Below, piece by piece: positions 7,486 to 16,093 of a DNA stretch of 24,286 bases (positions within the stretch are counted from its first letter, which is position 1; the number at the start of each line of letters is the position of its first letter). The notes under the pieces are model-generated. The model saw only the letters and a program-made list of their open reading frames with translations. It did not search any database and had not been told where the DNA came from. Both the position numbers and the translations under genes were made by a program. Source of the stretch: Planctomycetota bacterium (lineage in GTDB: Bacteria; Planctomycetota; JAJSAM01); contig JAOZQC010000001.1 of assembly GCA_029932425.1 (NCBI GenBank), forward strand, positions 691 to 24,976. Reading direction: 5' to 3'.

Positions 7486-8966
7486 TGCGCGGAGACGAAA
7501 CCCTTGCCCCGCTTTACGAGGCGCACCCGCCGGCCGGCCCGGCGATCGCCGCACCGGCACTCCACCCGGATCACCGGGGCCCCGAATCCGGTGAGATCGA
7601 GCTTCTTCACGGTGAGGACGAAGGTGTTCTTGGCGGGAGAGTAGGCGAACTTGACCAGGCCGCCGGTCGGCAGGGAGCCCTTGTAGGAGACCTTGCCCTT
7701 CTTCGACACCCGGGCCGCGCCGGCGGGGACGGTGAAGACCCTGTCCCCCACCGTCACCACCAGGTCGTTCGCCGAGGTGTCGATGCCCGGGGGGCCGTTG
7801 TACCACCGGCCTTTCACGCTGATGGAGTCCCGGCCCGGCTTCTTCACCTTGAGCTTCAGCTTCTTCAGATCGAGACCCGCGGAGCCTCGCGGCCAGATCT
7901 CCGTCCCGTCCCCGCGCCTGAGGGGCGTGAAGACGGATCCCTCCGGAAGGGTCGCGGTGAGGACCTCCCCTTCGGAGATCGTCACCCCTCGCCAGTCCGC
8001 TCCGAGACGCCCGTCGGCCCCGGACCGGCGGAGCACCACGGCATCGAAGGTGCCGCCGGCGGTGCCCGTGAGAGTGAGCTCCGCCGAAGGGGCCTCCGCC
8101 TCGAGGCAGTACTTCGGTTCTTCTCCCGGCAGCTCCACCCGCATGAGGAACGTCCCCGGGATCTCGTCGACCACCGTCCCGTCGGGGAGGACCCCGGACC
8201 GGCGCCCCTCCCCATCGGTGAGGAGCGGCGTCACCGGGCTCATGGTCACCACCGTGATCGATTCCGCCGGCGCGATCTCGCCCCAGGATCTCAGGCTTGC
8301 GATGGGGGGATAGGTGTCGGGGTAGCGGCCCCCGCTGGTAGCCGGGTAGAGATCCCGGTAGGCGGGGTCGGGGTCCACGGTCGCCGCCGCTCCCGCCCGC
8401 GCCGGGGGCCATTCCGCCCAGGTGAAGGCCTGTTTCTCCGCCGACCACAGGGGGTCGAGGACATAGCCGTCGTTCCACTGCTTCCCCCGGGGGTAGAAGG
8501 CGACGGCCCGGTACCCCTCGCCGGTGACGATGGGCGCCCAGTCGTACCCGTCCACCAGGGCCGCTTCTTCCGGGAACGAACGGAGGAAGTCCAGGAAGGC
8601 CAGGGTCTCGAGCTGCATCGCCGAGCTCAGGGACGTGGAACCTCCGTGCCCGGCGAGGAACTCGACGGTGGCTTCCTCCACCCCCCCTTCCTCCAGGAAG
8701 AGGGATCGGGAGAGTCCGTACTCCGCGGCCCAGCCCTCGCGGCTGTCGTGAAGCTCGAGAAAGACCTCCTCGAGGTCGGTGCCCGGAACCATCATGACCG
8801 CCCGCGACTCCCGGATCGTCTCTCCTCCGATCTCGGCGATTGCCGCCACGGTGGCGGGTCGGAGGAGGCCGTGGTCGGGTCCGCTGGGGTCGCTGTAGAG
8901 ACGGATGTGGCCCACGCGGTCGTTTCGCTCTTCCCGGATGACGGGAGTGTGCGCGGTGAGGATCAC
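7482..8966 (-). CDS. C-terminal part (or second gene) of an exported multidomain protein
   Basis: Coding-like codon usage from about 8966 (GTG) to the stop. Contains an SPVTPLLTDGEGRRSGV...DEIPG beta module and a Lys-rich C-terminal beta domain. The upstream part of track ORF 7482..9815 is an off-frame shadow. Confidence 0.65.
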   Translation of the reverse strand: MILTAHTPVIREERNDRVGHIRLYSDPSGPDHGLLRPATVAAIAEIGGETIRESRAVMMVPGTDLEEVFLELHDSREGWAAEYGLSRSLFLEEGGVEEATVEFLAGHGGSTSLSSAMQLETLAFLDFLRSFPEEAALVDGYDWAPIVTGEGYRAVAFYPRGKQWNDGYVLDPLWSAEKQAFTWAEWPPARAGAAATVDPDPAYRDLYPATSGGRYPDTYPPIASLRSWGEIAPAESITVVTMSPVTPLLTDGEGRRSGVLPDGTVVDEIPGTFLMRVELPGEEPKYCLEAEAPSAELTLTGTAGGTFDAVVLRRSGADGRLGADWRGVTISEGEVLTATLPEGSVFTPLRRGDGTEIWPRGSAGLDLKKLKLKVKKPGRDSISVKGRWYNGPPGIDTSANDLVVTVGDRVFTVPAGAARVSKKGKVSYKGSLPTGGLVKFAYSPAKNTFVLTVKKLDLTGFGAPVIRVECRCGDRRAGRRVRLVKRGKGFVSAQ

Positions 8967-9676
8967 GGCCGCGATCCCTCGTCCGTCCTCACCGTCACGC
9001 CGTCGGTGGCGCTGAGAGCCTGCTCGGCGGGATAGCTGAACTCGGCGTTGAAGAGATCGAAGAAGGTGTACGGGAGGGCCTTCATCTCGTCGAGTCGGCC
9101 GAGATTGGTCGTGAAGGTGACGTGTGCCTCCGGAACCGGCTCCCCGCACTCCGTCACCAGGGCCTCGATCCTCTTCCAGGACTGGCCGTCCATCCTCAGG
9201 CCGTCCGGGATCTCCGGAACTTCCCGCAGCGTGATCCTGGGCTCCGCCCTGAGGATCAGGATCTGCTTCTTCTCGGTGTAGTACCAGTCGCCCCAGGAGC
9301 TCTTCTGGTACTTCACCTGGATCTCCGCCATCGTCCCCACCTCGCCCACCACCTCGAACTCCCAGGTGGGCGGTCCGTTCCAGGCCATGGTCCATTCGTA
9401 GGCCGAGCCGTGAAAGGAGACCCCCGGCTGGTCCGTGGTGTCCCAGCCCTTGTGGTGCATCCAGGCCCGTACGAACCGGAGGTTCGACGTCAGGACCTGG
9501 GTGCTTTCGTGGCCCCCGTTGCTGGTCATGGTGACCTGGATCAGGCTGCACCGCTTCGCCTTGCCGGGCGGGGGGGCGGGCTCGAGGGTGTCCGGCGGGT
9601 CCTCGGCGGAAACGTTCCCGGCCGCGAGGAGGAACAGGAGGGCCATCGGCGGAAAGGCCGCGAGCGCGTGCCGCAT
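8963..9676 (-). CDS. N-terminal part of an exported protein (signal peptide, Ig-like segment); possibly frameshifted relative to 7482..8966
   Basis: Signal-like ALLFLLAAGNVSAED; VPEAHVTFTTNLG and GVTVRTDEG resemble a bacterial Ig-like (Big_1) strand pattern and end abruptly at the stop. The start could alternatively be the internal MALLF Met. Confidence 0.65.
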   Translation of the reverse strand: MRHALAAFPPMALLFLLAAGNVSAEDPPDTLEPAPPPGKAKRCSLIQVTMTSNGGHESTQVLTSNLRFVRAWMHHKGWDTTDQPGVSFHGSAYEWTMAWNGPPTWEFEVVGEVGTMAEIQVKYQKSSWGDWYYTEKKQILILRAEPRITLREVPEIPDGLRMDGQSWKRIEALVTECGEPVPEAHVTFTTNLGRLDEMKALPYTFFDLFNAEFSYPAEQALSATDGVTVRTDEGSRP

Positions 9677-9729
9677 CGCATTCTCCCCGGGGGGCTGGGG
9701 GTTCGAGAGTCAGCACTCGTAACGACGAT

Positions 9730-9774
9730 CCGCCCCGGCGACCACTCGGGAGAGCCCCATGTCGCCGGGGCGGT
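9730..9774. terminator. Perfect 13-bp GC stem-loop downstream of the Nudix gene
   Basis: CCGCCCCGGCGAC (9730-9742) is the exact reverse complement of GTCGCCGGGGCGG (9762-9774), with an inner GGGG/CCCC stem; no U-tract. Confidence 0.45.
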
Positions 9775-9786
9775 GAAGGCTGCCAT

Positions 9787-10197
9787 TCACTCCCGCCTCC
9801 GTATGTAACCTTCAAAGAACTCCGCGTCCTTCGGGTGGGTGAGGAGGGCGGCCACCTCCGCCTCCGGGACCCACCGGGCCTCGGGGTGCTTCGGGTCCCG
9901 CGGGGCCAGCCGCGTCTGCCGGGTGGTGAAGAGGAAGAAGGTGATCGTCTTCATCTCCGTGGGGTCGTCCCCCCCGTCGAGGGCGATCCGGGGCCGCCGG
10001 TAGGTCCCGAGCTCCCGCACCGGGGTGAGATCGGTGAGGCCCGTCTCCTCCTCGATCTCCCGGAGCGCGGCCTGGAGCAGGGTCTCCCGCTTCTTCCGCC
10101 TCCCCTTGGGAAGCGACCAGACGCCGCCCCGCTGGGCCACCACCGCCACGAGCCCGTCCCGCACCACCACCCCCCCCGCGCTCACCGTCTCCTTCAT
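9787..10197 (-). CDS. Nudix hydrolase
   Basis: Complete Nudix box GRRKKRETLLQAALREIEEETGL (GX5EX7REUXEEXGU), SAGGVV and WSLPKG. True start is ATG 10197. Confidence 0.92.
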   Translation of the reverse strand: MKETVSAGGVVVRDGLVAVVAQRGGVWSLPKGRRKKRETLLQAALREIEEETGLTDLTPVRELGTYRRPRIALDGGDDPTEMKTITFFLFTTRQTRLAPRDPKHPEARWVPEAEVAALLTHPKDAEFFEGYIRRRE

Positions 10198-10205
10198 GGC
10201 CTCCC

Positions 10206-10211
10206 ATTCTA
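10206..10211 (-). promoter_or_regulatory. Candidate -10 box (TAGAAT) 8 nt upstream of the Nudix ATG
   Basis: Reverse complement of ATTCTA at 10206-10211. Confidence 0.5.
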
Positions 10212-10242
10212 ACCGGCGCGCCGGGTGAGGAACATGCGCCCG

Positions 10243-10444
10243 CCCGCATGGTTCTTCGGGGCTGCCGGTGATGTCTCCCCCCTGCTTCCGGGAACGGGCT
10301 TGCCTCGGAGCGCGGGGCGCGTGGCCCACCCCCGGCGCCTGTTCGGCGAGAGCTCGTCGTCCCGGGGCGGGTCGTGACGGGGAGCCGCCGCGCCGGGGGC
10401 GGCGGGAACCGGCGGATGCCGCGCGTTCCGACGGGGAGTGCGGG
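10243..10444 (-). repeat. Dispersed intergenic repeat family, copy A
   Basis: Starts right after TGA (10445-10447). The 5' 45-mer CCGCACTCCCCGTCGGAACGCGCGGCATCCGCCGGTTCCCGCCGC aligns without gaps to the other copies; shares CTCTCGCCG and CCCGCGCTCCGAGGCAAGCCCGTTCCCG with copy C. Confidence 0.75.
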
Positions 10445-10800
10445 TCAGGTCGCGGAGTCGGGGCGCCAGTGGCGGGCGAGCTCGGAAGCGTACCGCCGCC
10501 CCAGCTCCTCCGCGTGATCCGCGAGCCACTCCGTGAGCCGCGTGGGGCAGGTGGGGGCCCCCGCGAGACGAGGAGGCCGGCGGCGAGCCCCCGGATCTCC
10601 GCCCGCGTGAGCACCACGTCGCCGAGGAACCGGCCGGCCAGGAAGCCGGCGAGATGGACCAGGGGGCCCGGCATGGGGAGGACCGGGGTGCGCGCGCCCA
10701 GGGCGTCGCGGATCGTGCGCACCAGGTCCGCGAAGGAGAAGACCTCCGGCCCCACCGCGTCCCGCACGCGGTTCTCCGCGCCGTCGATCTCCCGGACGGG
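10445..10800 (-). pseudogene. 5'-truncated, frameshifted remnant of an NDUFA9-like/atypical SDR NAD(P)-binding protein
   Basis: ENRVRDAVGPEVFSFADLVRTIRDALG...GDVVLTRAEIRGLAAGLLVSRGPP continues after a frame change as TCPTRLTEWLADHAEELGRRYASELARHW. This matches the C-terminus of that family as I recall it. No Rossmann N-terminus is present. Confidence 0.7.
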
Positions 10801-10830
10801 GATTGTCCCGGCGGCGGGGGGGCCATCCGG

Positions 10831-10836
10831 TACATT
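10831..10836 (+). promoter_or_regulatory. Candidate -10 box (TACATT) 7 nt upstream of the HAD ATG
   Basis: TANNNT directly before ATG 10844; no SD. Confidence 0.4.
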
Positions 10837-10843
10837 CACGGGG

Positions 10844-11641
10844 ATGGGAGACGACGGCCGAGACGAGCCTCGAGGCGACCACCGGAACGGGCGGATCCGG
10901 GCCCTCGATCCGCCGCCCCGCGGGGTGCTCTTCGACTACGGGAACACCCTGATTCCCTTCGGCCGGAGGGAGATGGACCGGATCGGCGACGCCCTCGTCC
11001 GCTTCGTGCGGGAGAAGCTCCCGGACCGGGCGCCCCTCGAGATCCGGGACGCCCTCACGGAGACCTGGGTGGACCTCCACCGGGAGCGGATCACGACCCT
11101 CCGGGAATCGGACACACGCGACGTGATCCGGGGGACCTTCGCCCGGCTCGGTGCCCCGGCGCCGGGCCCCGCCTTCGAGGAGGAGGGTCTCCGGGTCATC
11201 GTCCGGGCCTTCACGTCGGCGTCCCGCCTCGGGGAGGGCTCGCTGACCGTGCTCTCCCGGCTCCGGGAGCGCGGCTTCCGCCTGGGGCTCCTTTCGAACT
11301 ACTCGCTGGGAGAGGCGATCCGGGCGTCGCTGGCGAAGCTCGACCTCCATCGGTGGTTCGACGCGGTGGTGGTGTCCGGCGACCTGGGATGGGTGAAGCC
11401 GCACCCGGAGGTCTTCCGGGAGGCGGCCCGCCGGCTCGGACTGCCCCCGGCGGAGATCCTCTACGTGGGGGACAACCCCCGGGCGGACATCGCGGGGGCG
11501 AAGGCGGCGGGGATGCGCGCGGCCCACGTCACCCAGCACCTCGACGGCGCCTACCACTTCGAGCATCCCGACGAGAATGCGGCGGAGGTGGCGCCGGATC
11601 TCGTCTGCGAGCGGCTCGCCGACCTCATCGCGGAGGACTGA
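10844..11641 (+). CDS. HAD-superfamily hydrolase (subfamily IA)
   Basis: Motif I VLFDYGNTL, motif II LLSNY, motif III KPHPEVF and motif IV VGDNPRADIAGAKAAGM. Confidence 0.9.
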   Translation: MGDDGRDEPRGDHRNGRIRALDPPPRGVLFDYGNTLIPFGRREMDRIGDALVRFVREKLPDRAPLEIRDALTETWVDLHRERITTLRESDTRDVIRGTFARLGAPAPGPAFEEEGLRVIVRAFTSASRLGEGSLTVLSRLRERGFRLGLLSNYSLGEAIRASLAKLDLHRWFDAVVVSGDLGWVKPHPEVFREAARRLGLPPAEILYVGDNPRADIAGAKAAGMRAAHVTQHLDGAYHFEHPDENAAEVAPDLVCERLADLIAED

Positions 11642-11643
11642 CC

Positions 11644-14340
11644 ATGGCCGAACCGGAGCGCCTCTTCCTGCTCGACGGCACGGCCCTCGCCTACCGCTCC
11701 TACTACGCCTTCATCCGCAACCCCCTCTTCGACGCCAAGGGCCGGAACGTCTCCGCGGTCTACGGGTTCGTGGGGACCCTCTTCCGGCTCCTGGAGACGG
11801 AGAAGCCCGAGCACCTGGCGGTGGCCTTCGACCCGCCCGGACCCACGTTCCGGCACGAGCGGTATCCGGAGTACAAGGCCACGCGGGAGAAGATGCCGGA
11901 CGAGATGGTGGATTCCCTCCCCGGCATCCGGGCCGCGGTGGAAGGGTTCCGGATCCCCGTCTTCGAGGTGCCGGGCTTCGAGGCGGACGACGTGCTCGGC
12001 ACCCTCGCGCGCCGGGCGGAGGAGAAGGGGATCGAGGTCTGGCTCGTCACCGGGGACAAGGACCTCATGCAGCTCGTGACGGACCGGGTCCGGATCTACA
12101 ACATCCTGAAGGCGGGGGTGGAGCTGGAGAGGATCGGCCCGGAGGAGGTGGTGGAGAAGCTCGGGGTGCCCCCCGAGCGGGTCGTCGACTACCTGGGCCT
12201 CGTGGGGGACGCCTCGGACAACATTCCCGGGGTGCCCGGCATCGGCCCGAAGACGGCCCGGGCGCTGCTGGCGACCTGGGGCTCCATGGACGCGCTGCTG
12301 GAGAGGGCGGAGGAGGTGAAGGGGAAGCGGGCCCGGGAGAACCTGGTGCGCTACCGGGACCAGGCCCTCCTCTCGCGGGAGCTGGCCACGATCCGGACCG
12401 ACGTCCCCCTCGACTTCGACTGGGAAGCCCTCCGCGTGGGGGAGAAGGACGACCGGAAGCTCATCGCTCTCTTCCGGGACTACCAGTTCAACAGCTTCCT
12501 CCTGAAGCTCGGCACCGGAAGGGACGAGGGCGAGGCCACCTGCCGCACCGTGCAGAGCGAGGCGGAGCTCGAGGACCTCCTGGCCCGCCTCCGGAGCGTC
12601 CCCCGGTTCGTGGTGGACACGGAGACCACCGCCCTCGACCCCATGCGGGCCGACCTCGTGGGCCTCTCCTTCTCCACGGCTCCGAAGGAGGCCTGGTACG
12701 TCCCCCTGAACCTCTCCCCCTCCTACCTGCCCCGGGAGGAGATCCTCGACCGCCTCCGCCCCGTGCTCGAGGATCCGGGGCTGGGCAAGGCGGGGCAGAA
12801 CATCAAGTACGACATGAAGGTGCTCGCCCGCGCGGGGATCCGGCTCGAGGGGATCACCTTCGACACCATGGTGGCCTCGTTCCTCCTGGAGCCCGGGAGC
12901 CGCCAGCACAACCTCGACACCCTGGCCCTCGTCCACCTCGACTTCCGGAAGATCCCCACCTCCGCGATCATCGGGAAGGGCAAGGACGAGGTGACGATGG
13001 CGGACGTCCCCGTGGAGAAGGTGGCGCCCTACGCCTGCGAGGACGCGGACATCACCATGCGTCTCGTGGAGCGGTTCACCCCCCGGCTCGCCGAGGCCGG
13101 TCTCGACCGCCTGAACGACGAGGTGGAGGTGCCCCTCATCTCCGTGCTCGCCCGCATGGAGATGCACGGCGTCCTGGTGGATACCGGCCGGCTCCGGGCC
13201 ATGTCCGAGCGGATGGCGGCGGAGATCGAGCGCCTCGAGGCCGAGATCCGGCGGGAGGCCGGGTGCGACTTCAACGTGAGCTCGCCCCCGCAGCTCGGGG
13301 AGGTCCTCTTCGAGAAGCTGCGGATCCACGAGGGTCGTCGCGGGAAGCCGAAGCGGACGAAGACCCGGCAGTACGCCACGGACCAGGAGACGCTCGCCCG
13401 CTACGCCGACCACCCGATCATCCGGAAGATCCTCGACTACCGGGAGTACGTGAAGCTGAAGGGAACCTACGTGGACTCGCTCCCCGCCCTGGTGAACCCC
13501 GAGACGGGGCGGATCCACGCCTCCTACCACCAGACGCAGGCGGTGACGGGGCGCCTCTCCGCGTCCGATCCGAACCTCCAGAACATCCCCGTGCGGACGG
13601 AGGTGGGACGGGAGATCCGCACCGCCTTCGTGGCCCCCGAGGGCCGCCGGCTCCTCTCCGCCGACTACAGCCAGATCGAGCTCCGGGTCATGGCCCATCT
13701 CTCCGGGGACGAGACGCTCATCGCCGCCTTCCGGGAGGGGAAGGACATCCATACCGACACCGCGGCGCGGATCTTCGGCGTACCCTCCGGGGAGGTGGAC
13801 GCCACCCTGCGCAACCGCGCCAAGGCCATCAACTTCGGGATCATCTACGGGATGGGCCCCCGCCGGCTCGCCTCCACCACCGGCATCTCGATGGAGGAGG
13901 CGACGGAGTTCATCCAGGCCTACTTCCGGACCTACCCCGGCGTCCGGGCCTTCCAGGAGGAGCAGAAACGGCGGGCCCGGGAGGAAGGCTACGTCCAGAC
14001 CCTGCTCGGCCGGCGCCGCTGGATCCGGGACGAGATCCTCTCGCGCGACCGCCGGGTCCAGGTGAACGCCGAGAACGTGGCCATCAACACGCCGATCCAG
14101 GGCACGGCCGCGGACATGATCAAGGTGGCGATGGTGCGGATCGACCGCCGGCTCCTCGACGAGGGGCTCCGGGCCCGCATGATCATCCAGGTCCACGACG
14201 AGCTGGTCCTGGAGGTTCCGGAGGCGGAGATGGCGGCGGTGCGGGAGATCGTGCGGGCGGAGATGGAGGGGGCGATCGAGCTGGCCGTCCCCGTCCTGGT
14301 GGACCTGGGCGAGGGCGCGAACTGGCTCGAAGCCCACTGA
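11644..14340 (+). CDS. polA: DNA polymerase I (898 aa) with 5'-3' exonuclease, 3'-5' exonuclease and polymerase domains
   Basis: LLDGTALAYRSYYA, EADDVLGT, GDASDNIPGVPGIGPKTA; ExoI DTETT, ExoII NIKYD, ExoIII YACED; GRLSASDPNLQNIP, ADYSQIELR, AKAINFGIIYG, QVHDELV. Confidence 0.98.
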   Translation: MAEPERLFLLDGTALAYRSYYAFIRNPLFDAKGRNVSAVYGFVGTLFRLLETEKPEHLAVAFDPPGPTFRHERYPEYKATREKMPDEMVDSLPGIRAAVEGFRIPVFEVPGFEADDVLGTLARRAEEKGIEVWLVTGDKDLMQLVTDRVRIYNILKAGVELERIGPEEVVEKLGVPPERVVDYLGLVGDASDNIPGVPGIGPKTARALLATWGSMDALLERAEEVKGKRARENLVRYRDQALLSRELATIRTDVPLDFDWEALRVGEKDDRKLIALFRDYQFNSFLLKLGTGRDEGEATCRTVQSEAELEDLLARLRSVPRFVVDTETTALDPMRADLVGLSFSTAPKEAWYVPLNLSPSYLPREEILDRLRPVLEDPGLGKAGQNIKYDMKVLARAGIRLEGITFDTMVASFLLEPGSRQHNLDTLALVHLDFRKIPTSAIIGKGKDEVTMADVPVEKVAPYACEDADITMRLVERFTPRLAEAGLDRLNDEVEVPLISVLARMEMHGVLVDTGRLRAMSERMAAEIERLEAEIRREAGCDFNVSSPPQLGEVLFEKLRIHEGRRGKPKRTKTRQYATDQETLARYADHPIIRKILDYREYVKLKGTYVDSLPALVNPETGRIHASYHQTQAVTGRLSASDPNLQNIPVRTEVGREIRTAFVAPEGRRLLSADYSQIELRVMAHLSGDETLIAAFREGKDIHTDTAARIFGVPSGEVDATLRNRAKAINFGIIYGMGPRRLASTTGISMEEATEFIQAYFRTYPGVRAFQEEQKRRAREEGYVQTLLGRRRWIRDEILSRDRRVQVNAENVAINTPIQGTAADMIKVAMVRIDRRLLDEGLRARMIIQVHDELVLEVPEAEMAAVREIVRAEMEGAIELAVPVLVDLGEGANWLEAH

Positions 14341-14391
14341 TCGGGGCGGACTCCCCGCGTCCGGCGGGAGGAGGAGAAGGAGGAGGTGTCC

Positions 14392-14655
14392 ATGAGGGGA
14401 GGAGACGGGCCCCCGCCGGCCCCGCCCCTCGCGCGGAGGCGCGACGGGCCGATCGCGGGCGTGTGCGCGGGGATCGCCGCCTGGTTCGGCTGGGGATCCC
14501 GGGAGCTCCGCCGCCTCCGCATCGCCTGGCTCGTCCTCGCCGTGCTCACCCTCCTGCCCTCGGCGAACTACGTGGCCCTCTGGGCCTACCTCCCCCTCGA
14601 GGGTGAGGAGGGAGAGGACGGAGATCCGTCGCGCCCGGGGCGCGGAGGCGGCTGA
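14392..14655 (+). CDS. PspC-domain membrane protein
   Basis: LARRRDGPIAGVCAGIAAWFG...LRIAWLVL...NYVALWAYLP fits the PspC pattern; strong GGAGG 5 nt before ATG 14392. Confidence 0.8.
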   Translation: MRGGDGPPPAPPLARRRDGPIAGVCAGIAAWFGWGSRELRRLRIAWLVLAVLTLLPSANYVALWAYLPLEGEEGEDGDPSRPGRGGG

Positions 14656-14986
14656 GCCGGGCCCCCGTCCCCGGCCTCCGGGAAGGGAAGCCGGCTTCGC
14701 CGGCCGCGCCTCGAGATCGTCGTCGAGGGTCGGGGGCGCGCCCGCGGGCATCCCGAGGCCGGTCCGGGACCGTGCGCACCCGCGCCCGCGCCGGGGTCCC
14801 GGCGGTCCCGGGATCCCGCCGCCGCCGGAGCGTCCGGAGGTCCCTCGCTCCGATCGTGCCGCGGCGGGGGTGGATTCCCGGTTTGAGCCGGGTCTCTCGA
14901 ATGGAGAGGGGAGGCAGGGAGCGGGGAGGGGACGCAAGACGTTTGCCGGCAAGGGGTTCGCCGATTCCCCCGCGATCCGGGGGCTC

Positions 14987-15000
14987 GGCACGGGCCTTGC
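14987..15000 (+). promoter_or_regulatory. Candidate sigma-54 (-24/-12) promoter
   Basis: GGCACG-GGCC-TTGC: GG-N10-GC spacing with the GGCACG and TTGC consensus halves, 13 nt before ATG 15014. Confidence 0.5.
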
Positions 15001-15013
15001 CCGGGGGGCGGGC

Positions 15014-15664
15014 ATGAGGAACCGACTGAAGGGAGCGACCGACACCCGCGCGGAGATCCGGGAGGGGCTCCAGGCGATCCTCGCCGCCCTCATCGGGCGG
15101 GCCGCGCGCGGCGGCCGCCATCCGCAGCTCTCCGAGGCCGGGGCGGACCTCGGAAGGATCGTCTCCCACGCGGCCCGGGTCCGCCTCGCGATCCGGGAGA
15201 CCGACTCCGGGGGGGAGGACCGGGACTTCGCGGCGGGGCTGGTCCGGGAGCTGGGGGCGCGGGTGGTCCTCGCCCGGACCCCCATGGCGCCCTCCGGGGG
15301 GAAGGCGCCCGCCGCCTTCGAGCATGCCTTCCTCCTCGCCCAGCTCGGCCCCCTCATGAAGCACGTGCGGGACCGGGGCGGCGACCCCGATCAGCCCGGC
15401 GGCTGGCAGTGGGCGGACGCCCTGCCCATGGGGCGGCTCGCCGTGGCGCCCGGGGAGAGCGTGACCCTGGTGGCCGCCCGCCCCGACCCCTCCTCCCCGG
15501 GGCGCGGGATCGGGCTGGCGCTGCTGGGCCGGAGACCGGGCGACGGCCGGGGTCCCCCGCCGGCCCCGGTGATCTCCTTCACCTTGATCGTGCCGTACTA
15601 CCGGCAGGAGGAGACGGGCCCGAGCCTCCCGCACGCCTACACCCTGCAGGTCGAGGTGGCCTGA
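15014..15664 (+). CDS. Hypothetical protein (216 aa)
   Basis: GC3-rich, globular-looking translation from ATG 15014. The upstream extension to 14603 in the track is low-complexity intergenic sequence. Confidence 0.65.
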   Translation: MRNRLKGATDTRAEIREGLQAILAALIGRAARGGRHPQLSEAGADLGRIVSHAARVRLAIRETDSGGEDRDFAAGLVRELGARVVLARTPMAPSGGKAPAAFEHAFLLAQLGPLMKHVRDRGGDPDQPGGWQWADALPMGRLAVAPGESVTLVAARPDPSSPGRGIGLALLGRRPGDGRGPPPAPVISFTLIVPYYRQEETGPSLPHAYTLQVEVA

Positions 15665-15744
15665 GGCCCCCTCCCCCCCGCGGGACCCGCGTCCCGGGGC
15701 GCCGCTTCTCCCCGTTTTCCCGGGGTTTCCGGGTGAGGTGGGGG

Positions 15745-15773
15745 TTCAACCGGGGCCGGGAGCACGCTATCAT
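15745..15773 (+). promoter_or_regulatory. Candidate sigma-70 promoter (TTCAAC-N17-TATCAT)
   Basis: -35-like TTCAAC at 15745-15750, 17-nt spacer, TATCAT at 15768-15773; GGGAGG before ATG 15822. Confidence 0.45.
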
Positions 15774-15821
15774 GGGCGCGGGGTCACTCCCCTTGTCCGG
15801 GCCGGCGAGGGAGGCGCGCAG

Positions 15822-16091
15822 ATGCGGATGATCGATGTCGACTACTCTCTGTTCATGAACCGCCTGAAGAAGGCGGGGACCGACGGGCATCGCATCGAGA
15901 AGAAGGACCGGGAGAGATGGAAGGCCTACGTCAAGAAGCACAACGTGAAGGAGGCCGCCTCCCAGGTCCATGCGCGCGCCATCTGCGACAACATGACCCC
16001 CGTGATCATCGACTCCGATGACTCCTGGAACGGCTACTACCTGTTCTCCAAGCGGGAACAGATCTGCCTGAAGTACGATCCGGGCCGGTAG
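15822..16091 (+). CDS. Small hypothetical protein (89 aa)
   Basis: Lys/aromatic-rich translation MRMIDVDYSLFMNRLKKAG...YYLFSKREQICLKY with clear coding bias; SD present. Confidence 0.8.
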   Translation: MRMIDVDYSLFMNRLKKAGTDGHRIEKKDRERWKAYVKKHNVKEAASQVHARAICDNMTPVIIDSDDSWNGYYLFSKREQICLKYDPGR

Positions 16092-16093
16092 GT

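Noticed and set aside
9695-9712. GGTTCGAG resembling a tRNA T-loop
   Set aside because: No acceptor stem, D arm or anticodon arm can be folded around it.
9710-9736. CIRCE-like half site TCAGCACTC
   Set aside because: The second half (GAGTGCTAA after 9 nt) is absent and no chaperone gene is adjacent.
11644-14340. Intein, inactive proofreading domain or unusual fusion in polA
   Set aside because: The length is normal (898 aa), there is no insertion, and the ExoI-III acidic residues are present.
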